A stretch of 64,000 nucleotides of DNA, counting the filler, from Sphacelaria rigidula (lineage: Eukaryota), in assembly GCA_964200075.2 (NCBI GenBank). It is 6 parts of 6 records of this genome, joined end to end, with 100 filler letters (N's around TTAATTAATTAA, not from the genome) between each part and the next. Parts side by side here need not be neighbours in the genome. Positions count along the whole stretch, not along the records: positions 1 to 10,587 come from CAXNAA020006235.1; positions 10,688 to 21,274 come from CAXNAA020006236.1; 4 more parts are not named here. One strand, written 5' to 3'. Positions 1 through 12,110 of this stretch are shown here, piece after piece; position 1 is the first letter of the stretch; every line of letters begins with the position of its first letter. Both the position numbers and the translations under genes were made by a program. A model generated the notes under the pieces. The model was not told the origin of the DNA. It saw only the letters and a list, made by a program, of their open reading frames with translations, and ran no database searches.

Positions 1-29
1 GAGAGGAGGGGGGGGGGGGGTGGGAGAGT

Positions 30-74
<45 letters not shown>

Positions 75-565
75 TTGGTTGTACAGCACAATCGAAAGAG
101 TGCCTGGCATGAAGTGGTTTTCCATGCAGTACTGTATAGGGGTGTCGAAATCATGCCGCCATGAAAAAAAACTGTACTCGCGAGGCACAGTGAACAGCGA
201 CGCCAACCCGTCAAGTGCTGTTTCGAGAACTTGTGGAGGTTTTTCGAACATGAAAAAAGCCAGCGGGGGTGGCAGCTGCACGTAGACAATATCTCGACAC
301 CCATTCCCACGATGTAGCAGCTCAACTGACGGTACCCGTCGGCAGTATCGTGACGTCCGCTGCAATTAGCTTGGGAAATAGCGGGGTGACATGCAGTACA
401 GGCGGACAATCGATGTGCATTCGCGACCCGAAACAGTACCATATCTATACCACGTGGCACGGACAGTGTGGCTGAGTACAGTGCGGTATCCTCTCGACAC
501 ACGATATAATACCGGACAGTAAGGTCACGTATACTGTGCGATACAAAATAGGGGGACTATACAGT

Positions 566-776
566 TGTAATACGCGAGAGGACCGCGTGCTTAGAGGATC
601 GCATCGGAATTTGAACATTCCTCTGGTTAGGGTTAGGGTTAGGGTGGGTGTTATGGTTATGGTCAGGGACGTGGTACCTACAGGGACTGACCTGATTGGT
701 TTTGAAAAACGTCGATCCTGAGGTGTTTTGTACTACGGCACGGTCCTCTAAGCACGCGGTCCTCTCACGCATTACA
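566..776 (+). mobile_element. MITE with TGT..ACA termini carrying internal telomeric (TTAGGG)n repeats, copy 1
   Basis: ~33 bp TIRs (tgtaatacgcgagaggaccgcgtgcttagagga / tcctctaagcacgcggtcctctcacgcattaca); CAGT on both sides; internal ggttagggttagggttagggt; homologous inverted copy at 15529-15738. Confidence 0.85.
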
Positions 777-981
777 CAGTACAGACAGTACGCAGTTGTG
801 GCGTTGTACTACGCTGTACAGTGCAATTGAGTTGATATACACCGTCAATGGCCGCTGTTGTAGGTGAATAGTGCCGCAATTTTCAGTGCCAACATCAATA
901 TTGCACAGATTTTCGACAACTCGGGTAAATACAGACTGCGTGCTTGAAGTTGCAGCATCTACAGTAAACAATGTTCTCGTG

Positions 982-1030
982 AGATTGAGAGTAGAGGATA
1001 CGATTGAGAGTAGAGGATACGAATGAGAGT
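982..1030. repeat. Short tandem repeat, 19-bp unit gattgagagtagaggatac (~2.5 copies)
   Basis: Seen directly. Confidence 0.8.
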
Positions 1031-2731
1031 GAAAAGCGATCAATCCATGAATGAAGCTTTTCAGTTCCGAAATGCTCTTTCACGATGCCCGATATGCTTT
1101 CTGGAGTAGCTTGCCACGGAGGCCCTTGATATCCCTGAGATGGATATCGACGTGTAGCTGTAAGCACACGCCAGTGATGGAGGCAAAGAAAAGCACACAC
1201 GGAATGAACAAATAGCCTAGTCAAAGCGAATGACCGAAGCCACTCTCAACCAGCGCTCGACTCTCAATCTCACGAATACGCTGTTGGTAGTACAATGTTT
1301 TACCAACGGTAGTTGTCCCGCTTGTGAACCAACAATCGCAAGCGGTGCAGTGTGCTCAGCGTCAAAGATGAAGAGGGGGGGCGGGGTGGGGGGCGGGGTC
1401 TGGTACAGATATATCATAGATCTCGGTATGTTGCATTACCGCGGCTATCAAAACAAGAGGGGTCACGCGGGGGGAGGGAGGCAGTCGCGTTTGATTTGCA
1501 ACACGTGATTGATTCGAGTGTACAAGTAGAAGGGCTCTGTAGCAGGTGCCTCCGCAAAAGCTGTATTACAGGAGAGGCGACGGCACGTGCATGCTCTTGT
1601 GTAGCAAGCGCAACAAAAGCCCGCATGCATTCACAACTGAAAGCTGTGTAGTCACAAAGCCAAAACAACGAATGGCCCGCAAGGAAATGCGAAGCACCGA
1701 CCAAACACCTACACGGCCGAAGCACCAGCGACATATCCTTGCTCATCGCGAAGGGCGTGTACAAACAAACAAGGGAGCCGAGCCGAGAATCCCGGCAAAA
1801 ACAGAGGACAAGTACTGTACGTCGACTGTATGAGGTGTCGAACACGTACAAAAAACCTGGAGACCGTAAACCGAGGAAAAACAAAGCTGGACAGTTGGTT
1901 GACCAAGCAAAATATGAGACTGCAGACAGTAGTCACACCACCAGTAATGCAGCAACTGCAACAAGCAAAACAAAGAGAAGTTCAGCTGAAAGCCCCAAAT
2001 GTCAAATGGTTAAAAGATTGCCACCCTAGCTGCTAGGTGCAGAGGGGATCGTAATTACATCGGATCAAGACTTCTCGAATGTAATGCTTGCTACAGTTGG
2101 ATGTATTTTCAGCAGGCGGGGGCTATTAACCGAACATCTACGAATGAAAGCTATGAGCAAAGAAAGAGAAACAATATTGTGCACCTCGAAATTTACTGAA
2201 TAGCCTCGTTCCGGAGGGCTCAAACACCGAAGAAGGGTACAGCTGGAGTCTATCAGACGCTGGACGAAGTGTTGAATCATCCTCTACTGTACTGTTGAGA
2301 TCCCTGGGACGATGATCGAGTGAAGCGAAGGGGGGTCGTACATAGACCTGTCGACCGGCCCCCGGACATGCCTTCACTCAAAGTCATAACTCAGACACGT
2401 AGCTACGCTACTTGAAGCTAATACGTATATATCGATCATCCAACGTTTATAAATCCAAGTCAAGCAAGATAGCAACCAGAGACAAACAAGATAGCGACCA
2501 GGGACGCACTTGTAAAACGTACTCAAACATTCGCCCAAGATACATTTCTAGTACCCGCCGGTCTGTACCCGGAAATAATGAATCAGCAACTGCAAATCCT
2601 CATCACAAAACAATAACGACACCCCTCATCGGGGGGTTCAAACCCCACTCCCCCTTCTTTGGACCGTCGTCATTGCTGTGTTGGCTTCGTTGGTGTCCCG
2701 TCCAACCGCACGCGGTCAGCTGGCCTCCTTT

Positions 2732-3160
2732 TCATTTCTGTGCCATGAGATCATGAACCTCTCTGCTCCCTGCAGCACCCCCGCGTGCCACGGCACCCCC
2801 CCCCCCCGTCCTTATTCGCTGCTGAGGGCCATAGGACGCGGTCAATTCCGAATGTGTGGCGGTTGTCATCCGTACAGCCGTATGTGCTCCGAAAGCGTGG
2901 AGATCGTCCCCCAGGCACTTCAGCCAGTTTTGTTCCGGGCACCCTGGTCCTGGGTCCTCCTCCCCGACTAGTGTTCCGAATGCTATTCGCTTCGGTAGCC
3001 GTTCGTCCGGTTGTCTAGCCAGAGCTACCGCGAACAGCAGTCGTCGTCGCCAGACGATGACTCCGGCACTTTGGCATCCGGTCTCCTTGAGGGCCTGTGC
3101 ATGAGAAAGCTGTCGGTATGTGCAGCGCACTCGGCGGTACTCGATGATGCGTAGTATATT
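2732..3160 (-). mobile_element. 5'-truncated non-LTR retrotransposon (RTE-like LINE) ORF2 C-terminal fragment
   Basis: Translation RRRLLFAVALARQPDERLPKRIAFGTLVG...PGCPEQNWLKCLGDDL matches the RTE-clade post-RT motif RRLRWxGHxxRxxxxRLPKxxxxG...GRPxxxWxxxxxxDL. Confidence 0.75.
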
Positions 3161-4706
3161 ATGTATATACACATGTACATGTCTCATTCTACATTTTTTT
3201 CCGCGTTTTCTTTTGCAGCGCACTGAGATGGCTCAGCAGTACATTACCGTTGAAGTTTGGGCGTCATCCCATACTGTGGTGCGTGTTCTGGCCACCGAGA
3301 GTCGCTCAAACTGGCTCTTTTTCGCGGGATGTGGATCCCGAACCATAAAAGCCTTTTCAAGATCATGGAAAACGTGAGACAAGAACCCGAACCACAAAAA
3401 GACCTGTCGAAGATCATGTAAATTTTTCGAACAGGGTTATTTTGGCGGGGTATTTATCCCCTGTGTTTCTCCTTGTCGCGTTCTCGTTCATTCGAGAGCA
3501 CGGACACACCGGTTATGCCGCCAATGTCACGAGAACATAAGAGCAAAGCAGTTAAAAACAAATGAACATTACCTTGGCCTTAGTCAGCAGCAAACACAAG
3601 ACCGTGCAATGGGCCGTTGGCGACTTGAACAATAAGGCACACAGGACGGCAGCACAAGAATGATTTGCCGTGAAAACAATCACCCTGTTAAAAAAAAGGC
3701 CTGGTGATATAGAACCTACAGTGATGTACAAAGAACATGCCAAGAATGTTCTAAGCATTCCAATTTTTCGGGGGTGCCTCCCGCTATCATGTCTTTGTGG
3801 CACGAGAGCTACTTCGTACTCTGGCACCTCGGAAATACCACACATACATACCCTACGCCGGCAGTTCCGCCGTCGGCCTCTGTCCAAAGTCCCATATTCT
3901 CCGAAAGACATCCCATAACATGTGCAATGTTCACCACAAACACGATCACTATACTGTACATCAAGATACAACAGACTCTCTTAATCATATATGTTCGACT
4001 TGCGTTCACCCCCGGAAGGCCCGCAACAACCTGCCGAAGGGGAACCTTGTAACATTATACACACAACGATCTCTACTGTCCACGGCAGCTGACCGTATCC
4101 GCCAACGCTTCGGCAATAACCAGGGAACACACGGCTGCGTGTCCCCCCCCCCCCCCCCCCTCCCTTCAAAAACTCGGATTTTCGATCTTGGGGCCTATGT
4201 GTCCAAAATTTAAATTTTAGCCGCCCCCTGGCACAGCCCCTCAAAGAACACCGAGGTGCCGAGGGTTGTCGTCTCTTCTTCTCTGTGGAGCTGACCAATG
4301 CAAAGATCGAATCCTTTCCGCCTCTCGTTTTGGGCAGGACGCGCCTCTGTGGGTTGCAGAACACGTCGTCAACAGGCAGGGCGATGTTCCCGTCGCCGCT
4401 ACTGTTCTGTGTCACATCTATGCTAGCAAGGACGATGCTGCGGCAATAACAAGATCCAACCCCAATTTGGAGGGTGTTTGGGTGATTCAGATACCCAGTA
4501 CTGCTGGATCTACGTAGAACAGGGGATCGGGGTGACGTACGAGTACCGACAGTCAAGTGTGTGCAAATGTGGTACAGTACAGATGACGGCGGACGTAGCC
4601 GCACGCACCCGTCCCCACTCTCATCAGCTTCCCTTTCCATCAACACTCTCACAAGTTACAGTATTACTTGGGTGCTCTCTAATGAGATATATAAAACCAT
4701 TACCCT

Positions 4707-7700
4707 GTGCCTGAAACAAGGAATATGATGCTGCAGCAACTGGTGACAGTAGTTCGTCGGGTGCAAAAGGGTTTGGCTGGAAATACGCAGAATCTAACGT
4801 GTTTCGAGTGTGGTAAGACCGGCCATTTCAAGTCTGAGTGCCCGGAGCGTATCTGTGAAGTGTGTGGCGGTGAGGGTCACTCGAAGGAATTCCACAAAAT
4901 GGTCGCCATGTGTACTTCAGACACCTTCAACCCTTTGGCCGCTAGGGTAGATCACCTGCTGAATCGGCATCAATATTTACGTGAAAAAAGTATGCGTGAT
5001 CCAGATGGACTACCCGCACCGCGATCTAAGGGTTGAGGGCTCTGTGTGAGGGAGGCGTATCGCTAGAGTAGTCTAAGACCTACGGGGGAGACTGCCGTCC
5101 TGATGCCGAAGGAACTCCGAGGCTGGCGATGATTTCTATATGTAGGCAAGAAGGGGTCAGACGAGAAGTGGTCGCCAAGGGCGACCAGTTCCTCGGGGGA
5201 TGTTGGACCGTCCTAATATTAGGCTCTTCCTGGCATCGCCCCGAGTTGTCTAGTTTTGTTGGCATAACAGGGTCCTCGGTAATCTGGCCCTTGCAGACCG
5301 TTCCTATTTTGTCCCTGCTTGCGCTGGTTCTTCATACATATGTGGCATCAGTCTTGGATATGTCACTGCAAAGAGGTGCCTTCCACATCTATTGACTTTG
5401 GTCACATTGCAATTGAGGCCAAGCCTGGTGAATTCGCGTCTACAGCGGACGGTGTACCAGATGACCGCCCAATTTCGGATGACGAGGAGAAGGAGGTTTT
5501 GATAGCCGACGCTGCAGCATCATGCCACATAACCCCATGTTGGAAGGGTATGTATAAGTACGAGCCATGCCCCGGGTTGTCAGTCACTGTGGTAACAGCC
5601 AGAAATCACCTATATTAGGCTTCGGGAAACTGCACCTGTCGACAGGTAGTGGTATAAGTCGAGTAACCTTGAGCATTAGCCGAGTGGCTCACGTCCCAGA
5701 GCTTGATGTGAATTCATTTTATTTGCAGAGTGTGGTGATTGAGCATAAAATGCCGGCTAGTTAAACTAGGGAGGGGGCAGTGATTATTTTATCTGGCGGA
5801 ATGGAATTGATTTTCGAGAAAGCTGGAAGAAATAACGCCGTAGTGTTACTCGTAGTACTGCATCTACAATTTCGTCGACAACTCCGCAATCTGACAACTG
5901 CGAATCCGCTAGAGCTGTTCTCGCCCCGGGCACGATTCCCACCAACCTCATTCAGGTGAGCATCATCTATTTCACCAGTCTCATGGCCATATGTATGAGG
6001 GGCTATTGCGAGAAATCGCAAAACAGCAGGGGGTGACTTTGAAAGAGACTTTGCAGGAGTGCAAGTGCTCTACGGCAAAGGGGCTGCACAAGCGAAAACG
6101 CAGTGGAGCAGCCGCCTGCGTCGCCTACGTCGTCTTCATCCCCTACACTCTCGTCCAATCGTGATTTGTCGGAGACGCCGTCTGTAAGTGGCGGGGATGG
6201 CGCGCACCAACCAGATTCGGTTGAGCCGATGCTTGGTCAGACCAAGCAGCAGACACGACTGCTACAGCAATTACGCCAAGAACAGCGACTACATCAACAC
6301 GTTCCTGATCCAGTGCAGGAAAGGCGATCACAGTGCGTTGTGGGCGTCGGCGGTGGATCTGTGGGCCATGTATCGGTTTCCGACTCAGCTGGCCGGTATG
6401 ACTCAAGAAAATCAGGAAAGTCTGAGTAGGAGTCGATCCCATTTGTCACTCTCAATGATATTGAAGCAACACCTGAGAGGGTAAAGGATATGTATACAAT
6501 TAACAGTTCAAGAAAGTATGGGTCAGTGCAATGAGCAGAGAGATGGAGGGATTGGCACGTAGCAACACTTGGACAGCTGTAGATCCGCAGCCGGAGGGAA
6601 AGAAAGCGGTCGATTCCAAGTGGGTGAGTGGAAAACTGATTAACATGGTTACGACATAAAGCGAAGGCTCGCCTGGTGTTCAGGCACGATCGTCAAGAGA
6701 TGGACGATATTCCACCGTTCTCACCTATCCCTTCCTCGACAACCAACAGAATAGCTGGAGCGGTAGCTTGCGCTGAGGGGAAAATCAAATTTCTCTTTGA
6801 CGTTGACAAAGCTTTCGTTCAGTTTCAGTTGAATGATGACGTGTACATGCGGTTACCGCCAGGTCTAGGTAAACGGTCAGGTACTGTCGTGCACCGGAGG
6901 AAACGTTTGTACGGGATTCGACAAGCGGCTAGAGAATGGTTCGGTAAGCTGGGGGAAACTCTGAAAAGCCCTGGGTTTCGAGCAGAGTTTGGTCGACCCG
7001 TGCATCTACAGGTTGATGGACGGAGAGAAGGTTAAGGTTCTGATTGTGGTCCATATCGATGACATGTTCGAGGTGGGTGATGAAGCGTTGTGCAACAGGT
7101 TCGCTGTAGATCTCAACTGCCACTTTCCGACAAAACACTTCGAGAATTGATCTTGTATGCGGGGTGCGAGTACAGGCACGACCTCGAGAAGGGTACTCTG
7201 AAGTTGACACAGACTGTGTATATCCAACAGATTCTAGACGGCGTTTCCATCAGTAGGACCGCAGCGATCCCCGCGTATGTTTCACCTTCTTTCAAGGTCG
7301 ATGAAGGAGAAGACTTCAGGGGGAGATATCGCGAGGCGGTGGGATTTGTGATGTAGCTCTCTAACGACACTCGCCCGGACATCGCCGATACCGTGCGAGC
7401 TGCGTCCAGGCACAACGAGAACCCGACATCGGAAGACTGGCGCAAAGTGTTTGGGATTTTTGAATACCTGAAGACGACGGTAAAGTTAGGGATCACGTAT
7501 GTTAGGGATACGGGCGATGGGTTGGTGGCGTATGAAGATGCCGACCACGTAAAACTCCACGATCGGTGTTCAGTGTAAGGAGGGTCAGTTTCTTCTGTGG
7601 GTCTTTGGTTGGGTTTTCTCTCGAACCCAGACGAATACAGAGCGCTGTCTACGACGCAGGCTGAGTATGTAGCAAGGGGGGATGTGGGGAGCAACGCTCT

Positions 7701-7989
7701 TTTTGTGAAGCCGGTGCTGACTTTCACGCAACCGCTGAGGAAGGAGTTCTGCGTTCACGTGACAGTATACGAGGATACCCAGGGAGCCATTCAGCTCGCT
7801 AATAATCCGCGAAACTCACACAACAGTAAGCACACAAATGTACTTCACCATTTCTTGAGGGAGTTGGTGTTCGAGTAGATTATTCAAGTGCAGTGTGTGT
7901 CATCTCAGCAGCATGCCGATGTCTTGACAAAACCCTTGCCTGTGGATAGCTTGAGGTATCACAGGAATGCTTTCATGAACATCCAGTAA
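4707..7989 (+). mobile_element. Degenerate Ty1/Copia LTR retrotransposon internal region (gag knuckle, protease, GAG-pre-integrase, RT, RNase H), with many stops and frameshifts
   Basis: CFECGKTGHFKSEC zinc knuckle; IADAAASCHIT protease-like motif; HQSHGH..LQEC pre-integrase motif; RT segments FDVDKAFVQ..DVYMRLPPG..LYGIRQAAREW and VHIDD; YREAVG..TRPDIA; RNase H ALSTTQAEYVA, YEDTQGAIQLANNP..SKH, QHADVLTKPL; purine tract agggaggg followed by TGTTG at 8303. Confidence 0.9.
4931..5032 (-). mobile_element. ~100-bp piggyBac-like MITE (family B) inserted in the Copia gag region
   Basis: CCCTT..AAGGG termini, flanked by TCAA/TTGA; reverse complement of 45546-45642. Confidence 0.8.
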
Positions 7990-10587
7990 CTTCGGCAACT
8001 TTGTCGACTGAAAAGAGAGTCTCGGACTTTGTACAATTTTTACGTCAAGCTATGAACGCCTCGATTGAAATGCGGTCGCGAGGTTTAGCTTAGTGTGTCC
8101 CCTTAGGGGGTGAAGTGCAATCCCATCAAATCCGTGTCATAGCCGAGGCTAGACTATATTTCGAGCCTACCTTGGATGCAATTTGTGCTCGTAGGGAACA
8201 TTTTGTTTTAGGGTTTGAAATGTTCCAGAAATTTCTATGAGGCAGGCTGATTGAACTGTTTTCACATGTGTTCAAGCTCCCATTGTGCAAAATTAGGGAG
8301 GGTGTTGATCATGTGGTCAGTTGACACCTGGGGAACAGCGTAGGATAAAAGGTACTGTTCCGAGATCGTAGGGAAAATGTGCGGTGGATTAGCTGACGGG
8401 ACACGGTACTCATCTTCAGATTGATCCTCGGAATATTCTTTCCAGGTGTTCTTTTAATTCCGCTTCCAAATTGACTGGGAAGAAACTCAGAGTTCTCTTG
8501 TGATGCACTGTACGCTTCAGCTAGATGGAAAGGACGGAGAGTTGTCTTGCTGTGTACTGTGCGCTTCCGTTGGATGAAATAAGGGACATTAGCCACAGCT
8601 TGCGAGGGAGCTGACAAGGTTTACCGCCGCATAGACCGCCACCATGTGATCAGTGTGTGTTACCTCCTCTCTTATACCGGTGGTACCCAACGTGATAAGG
8701 AATATGTCTACATACCTCTGTTTGATCGACTTCCAACTCGACAACTGGTGCTGTGATTGCTGCCTTCTACTTTCTGGTTAAGCAGTCGGTGCTGCTTGAG
8801 CCGGTGTATATGCCAAGCGTATATCGACATCCCCTGCTCAACATGGTTTCCCCATCCATTAGATTCACGATGGAGTTCTCTCGTCTTACCATCAAGCGGA
8901 TATAATGCGCAGGCTTGGCATTATTTTCTCTCGATTCGAGCCCTCCATGTGAACGAGGCTTCGCTAGGGGTGAGGTAGTAGAGTTATGGGTTCCGGAGAA
9001 GAAACGTAGCCGTACCCTGCTGCCGAAGGATCTCCAAAGTAAGGCATAATTCTCTCTCTTGTCGTTCAGGCAAGGATTTGGCCGTGGCCGATTATTGGCA
9101 ACAAGAACAACCGACTGAGCCGGTACGACGGTACCGCGAACGGTCAACCAGGGTTCATGCGGTGGCTCTATTATTACGAGCTCTTTCTACCGGAGACCCC
9201 GTTGCCCAGGCTGCCAAAGATCCAGTTTCACATATTTGAATGTTTCGAGTCCGCTAATGTATGTCACTGGCGGATCCCGTTCGTGAGACTGTCTCTCCGG
9301 TTTATATGTGAATTCTGGTGTTAACTACACTCACACATACATGGTCTCCGCATCACCCCCTCTTTCGACGCGCCTCAAGTCTCTTTATTCGAGGGGCTGA
9401 GGAGATCATTCATGGAGAAACTGATATCAACGTTTCTAATTGTATGTGTGTCATAATACCATTATACTGGTCTGTGGGTGAACGTGTCATACCCTCTATG
9501 CTGCCGTGTTGAGAAAACACAAGATGGTAAATTTTATCGACCTTCGTACCCAGGTTCATGTAATCAGCACACTTGTGTAGGAGGTTTGTGACTTGATCAC
9601 ATAATCCCACAAACATCTGTGAAACCTGTGGGATCATTACTGATTTTGATGCCCCCACAAACGATGATTCATGGGTGACTCGGTAGAAAACATTGTGTTT
9701 TCGCATGGGGATGGGTTGTCGTCCCGCGCTTGGCCTGGACTCTGAACCCGTGCTGATTACCATGTGTTATGGTAATATTTGCGTCTGGGGAAGACAAATA
9801 CCGAGGACAAAAGAAAACAGTGGCTGTATTTGTATGTTTGGAGTAGTATACTCCAAGATTACGAAATTTCCGCGGCTTTCCTCGCCAGCAATACCCCTAT
9901 TTGCCGGGGAGAGCCCAGACCTTTGGGTCGAGTCTCTCTTCACCACTGATGCCGTTGTGATCGCATTGACCATAGCATCAATTTTGTTTTGTCTCGACTT
10001 TTTACCTAACGCGTCTGCATGTAGCGGGAAATTTCCCTGAAAGTGCACGTTTCCGGCGATTGCTTTTCATGTGAAACTTGGTTTTCGCGTGAACAATATC
10101 ACTAACTCGTTCTATTTCCCTCGTATTATGAGGCGGTGGATCTGGTAAAGGCACGCTATTCACTATTTGCCAGATTCCACACGCGTCTATGAGATGCTGA
10201 TATTGGGGAACCTCGTCCGCTCCATACTCTAGGTCAGCCGATGAACCGTAGCCTTTGAGTCTGGGGCGGTATTGAACTGCGGATCCTGGAAATGGGGTCG
10301 ATTTAAAAAATGAGGTTCAAGTGGCATATCGTTTTCGCAGTGATGACGCGAAACAGTTACACAGAGCGAAACCATATTTCCCCCCAAAACTCTACAGCAG
10401 TGAATCAGTTGAGGCTAGGTACACCCAACGAATGCGGTGTACACGCGCGTCGATGACGATATTGTTAGAAAAGTGTCGCGATGAACCCTTTGACGTGATC
10501 GCTAGAGTTGGCGCAATGGCACTTAAGCCAAGCAAGCAGACAAGCTGCTTTGGAGTGTAGACAGAAGATGATGTTCAAGGTGCCTCT

Positions 10588-10687
10588 NNNNNNNNNNNNN
10601 NNNNNNNNNNNNNNNNNNNNNNNNNNNNNNNTTAATTAATTAANNNNNNNNNNNNNNNNNNNNNNNNNNNNNNNNNNNNNNNNNNNN
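10588..10687. other. Assembly gap with artificial TTAATTAATTAA linker (also at ~21275, ~31961, ~42647, ~53333)
   Basis: An identical 12-mer sits in the centre of each N run. Confidence 0.95.
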
Positions 10688-10828
10688 GCATCCTGCTAAG
10701 ATTGTTCGGCCCAAAGCCTACTGATGATCTTGCATTTGGATGACAGCCAACAACGAATTGCTTTATTCTGTGGTATCGCCACTTTCAGAGACAGCAATGG
10801 CTTATAAACTGCCTCATGGGTGTTTCAC

Positions 10829-11073
10829 CATGCTACGATGGGGGGGGGGGTATTCGATTGTGCGAAAAAATAGGCGCACAGGTGTGTCAGACGACTTGCC
10901 ACACTCGCGTTGCGGTTGTATTTGGTTCAAAACGACGCCAAGCACTACGGATGCGCATTATTTATATATTGCAAGCTCGTTCGAACAACTGCTGCAGCTT
11001 CCAACGACGATTTGACTCGGAATTTCGTGCAAGAAGTGGCCCAAAATCCCCCCTCCCTATCGTAGGATGACTC
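10829..11073 (-). mobile_element. ~250-bp MITE (family C), degenerate copy
   Basis: TIR catgctacgatgggg / ccctatcgtaggatgactc; interior is the reverse complement of 13682-13932. Confidence 0.7.
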
Positions 11074-12086
11074 ATCAGTCTTCCAGATATCCACTTCAAC
11101 AAAAGGTCCAATATCAGCTGATACGCTGAGGAGAGTAAGAAAAACCGTCGACCAGCCAGCATAGTTTTGGGGCACTTCACGACATGTTCGACCACGGTCA
11201 TCAAGTTGTTCACCAAAAGAGATTCCTGAACACCCCAGCCTGGGAACCTACAAGAACACCACAAGGCAATGGTCCTGATACTACGCTACACTACGCTACA
11301 CTACGCTACACTGCATTACATTACAGAGTGAAGTTCAGTGCAGTACAGAGCATTGTGCTGTCAGCGATCTATATAGGGATAGCTTTGTGCTCGAGTGCGT
11401 CTACGGCAAGAAGAAAATGCAACGTATAGTACAAGTGTGTACATAACAATACGATGAAATGTAATTACACCACTTCCTGCAAACAGCGGGGTTGTAGTAA
11501 ATCGAGGGGTCGCGTTGTACACGAAGGAATATGCAACTTGCAATTAATGTCCCGAGCAGGAGAAGGAGTGCAAGTTAGAAATCTGACACCCGGAATTGAA
11601 TAACGTGGATGTGGATCTAGATTTCTGGAGTTGACATGGGCAGCGATTTCGATTATTCAATTTCAAAGGTGCTTCAGTATCACGATAGTACGCCGCGACC
11701 GCTACATACGGCAGAGAACATAGACCTCCGTCGCCATAGGATGCGAGAACATGACAACGACAGGGTAGATGACACGCTCGATCAAAAGCGTTCAACCCCT
11801 ACCCGACCATCTTCCTGCGCATACACTCGCGTCAGATGTGGAGGATCCTCTGGGCTAAGGCATGAGATGCAACGTCCGGGCGTCTGCTGAGACGCCGTCC
11901 GGGGCAGTACGAGCGTCATATACGACACCAAAACCGATCCCGAGGTACGATCATCTTCAGTTCACTATTGTAGCAACCCTGCGAACTATCAAAGGTGATG
12001 ATTGCACGCTCCTCACTGCTTTCTTTCAGGTGATGGCTTTGGCTTTCGTACCAAAGGCAGGACGCCTGCATGGGTAGATAATATAA

Positions 12087-12110
12087 ATATATATATATAT
12101 ATATATATAT
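12087..12110. repeat. (TA)n microsatellite
   Basis: Seen directly. Confidence 0.9.

Noticed and set aside
1-70. Poly-G/poly-C tracts (also 21374-21475, 30700-30882, 31868-31888) as G-quadruplexes or Gly/Pro ORFs
   Set aside because: They lie next to gaps, Ns or the window edge and are probably low-quality sequence; their lengths are unreliable.
10632-10643. TTAATTAATTAA motif in all five large gaps
   Set aside because: It is identical each time and centred in N runs, so it is a scaffolding linker rather than biology.
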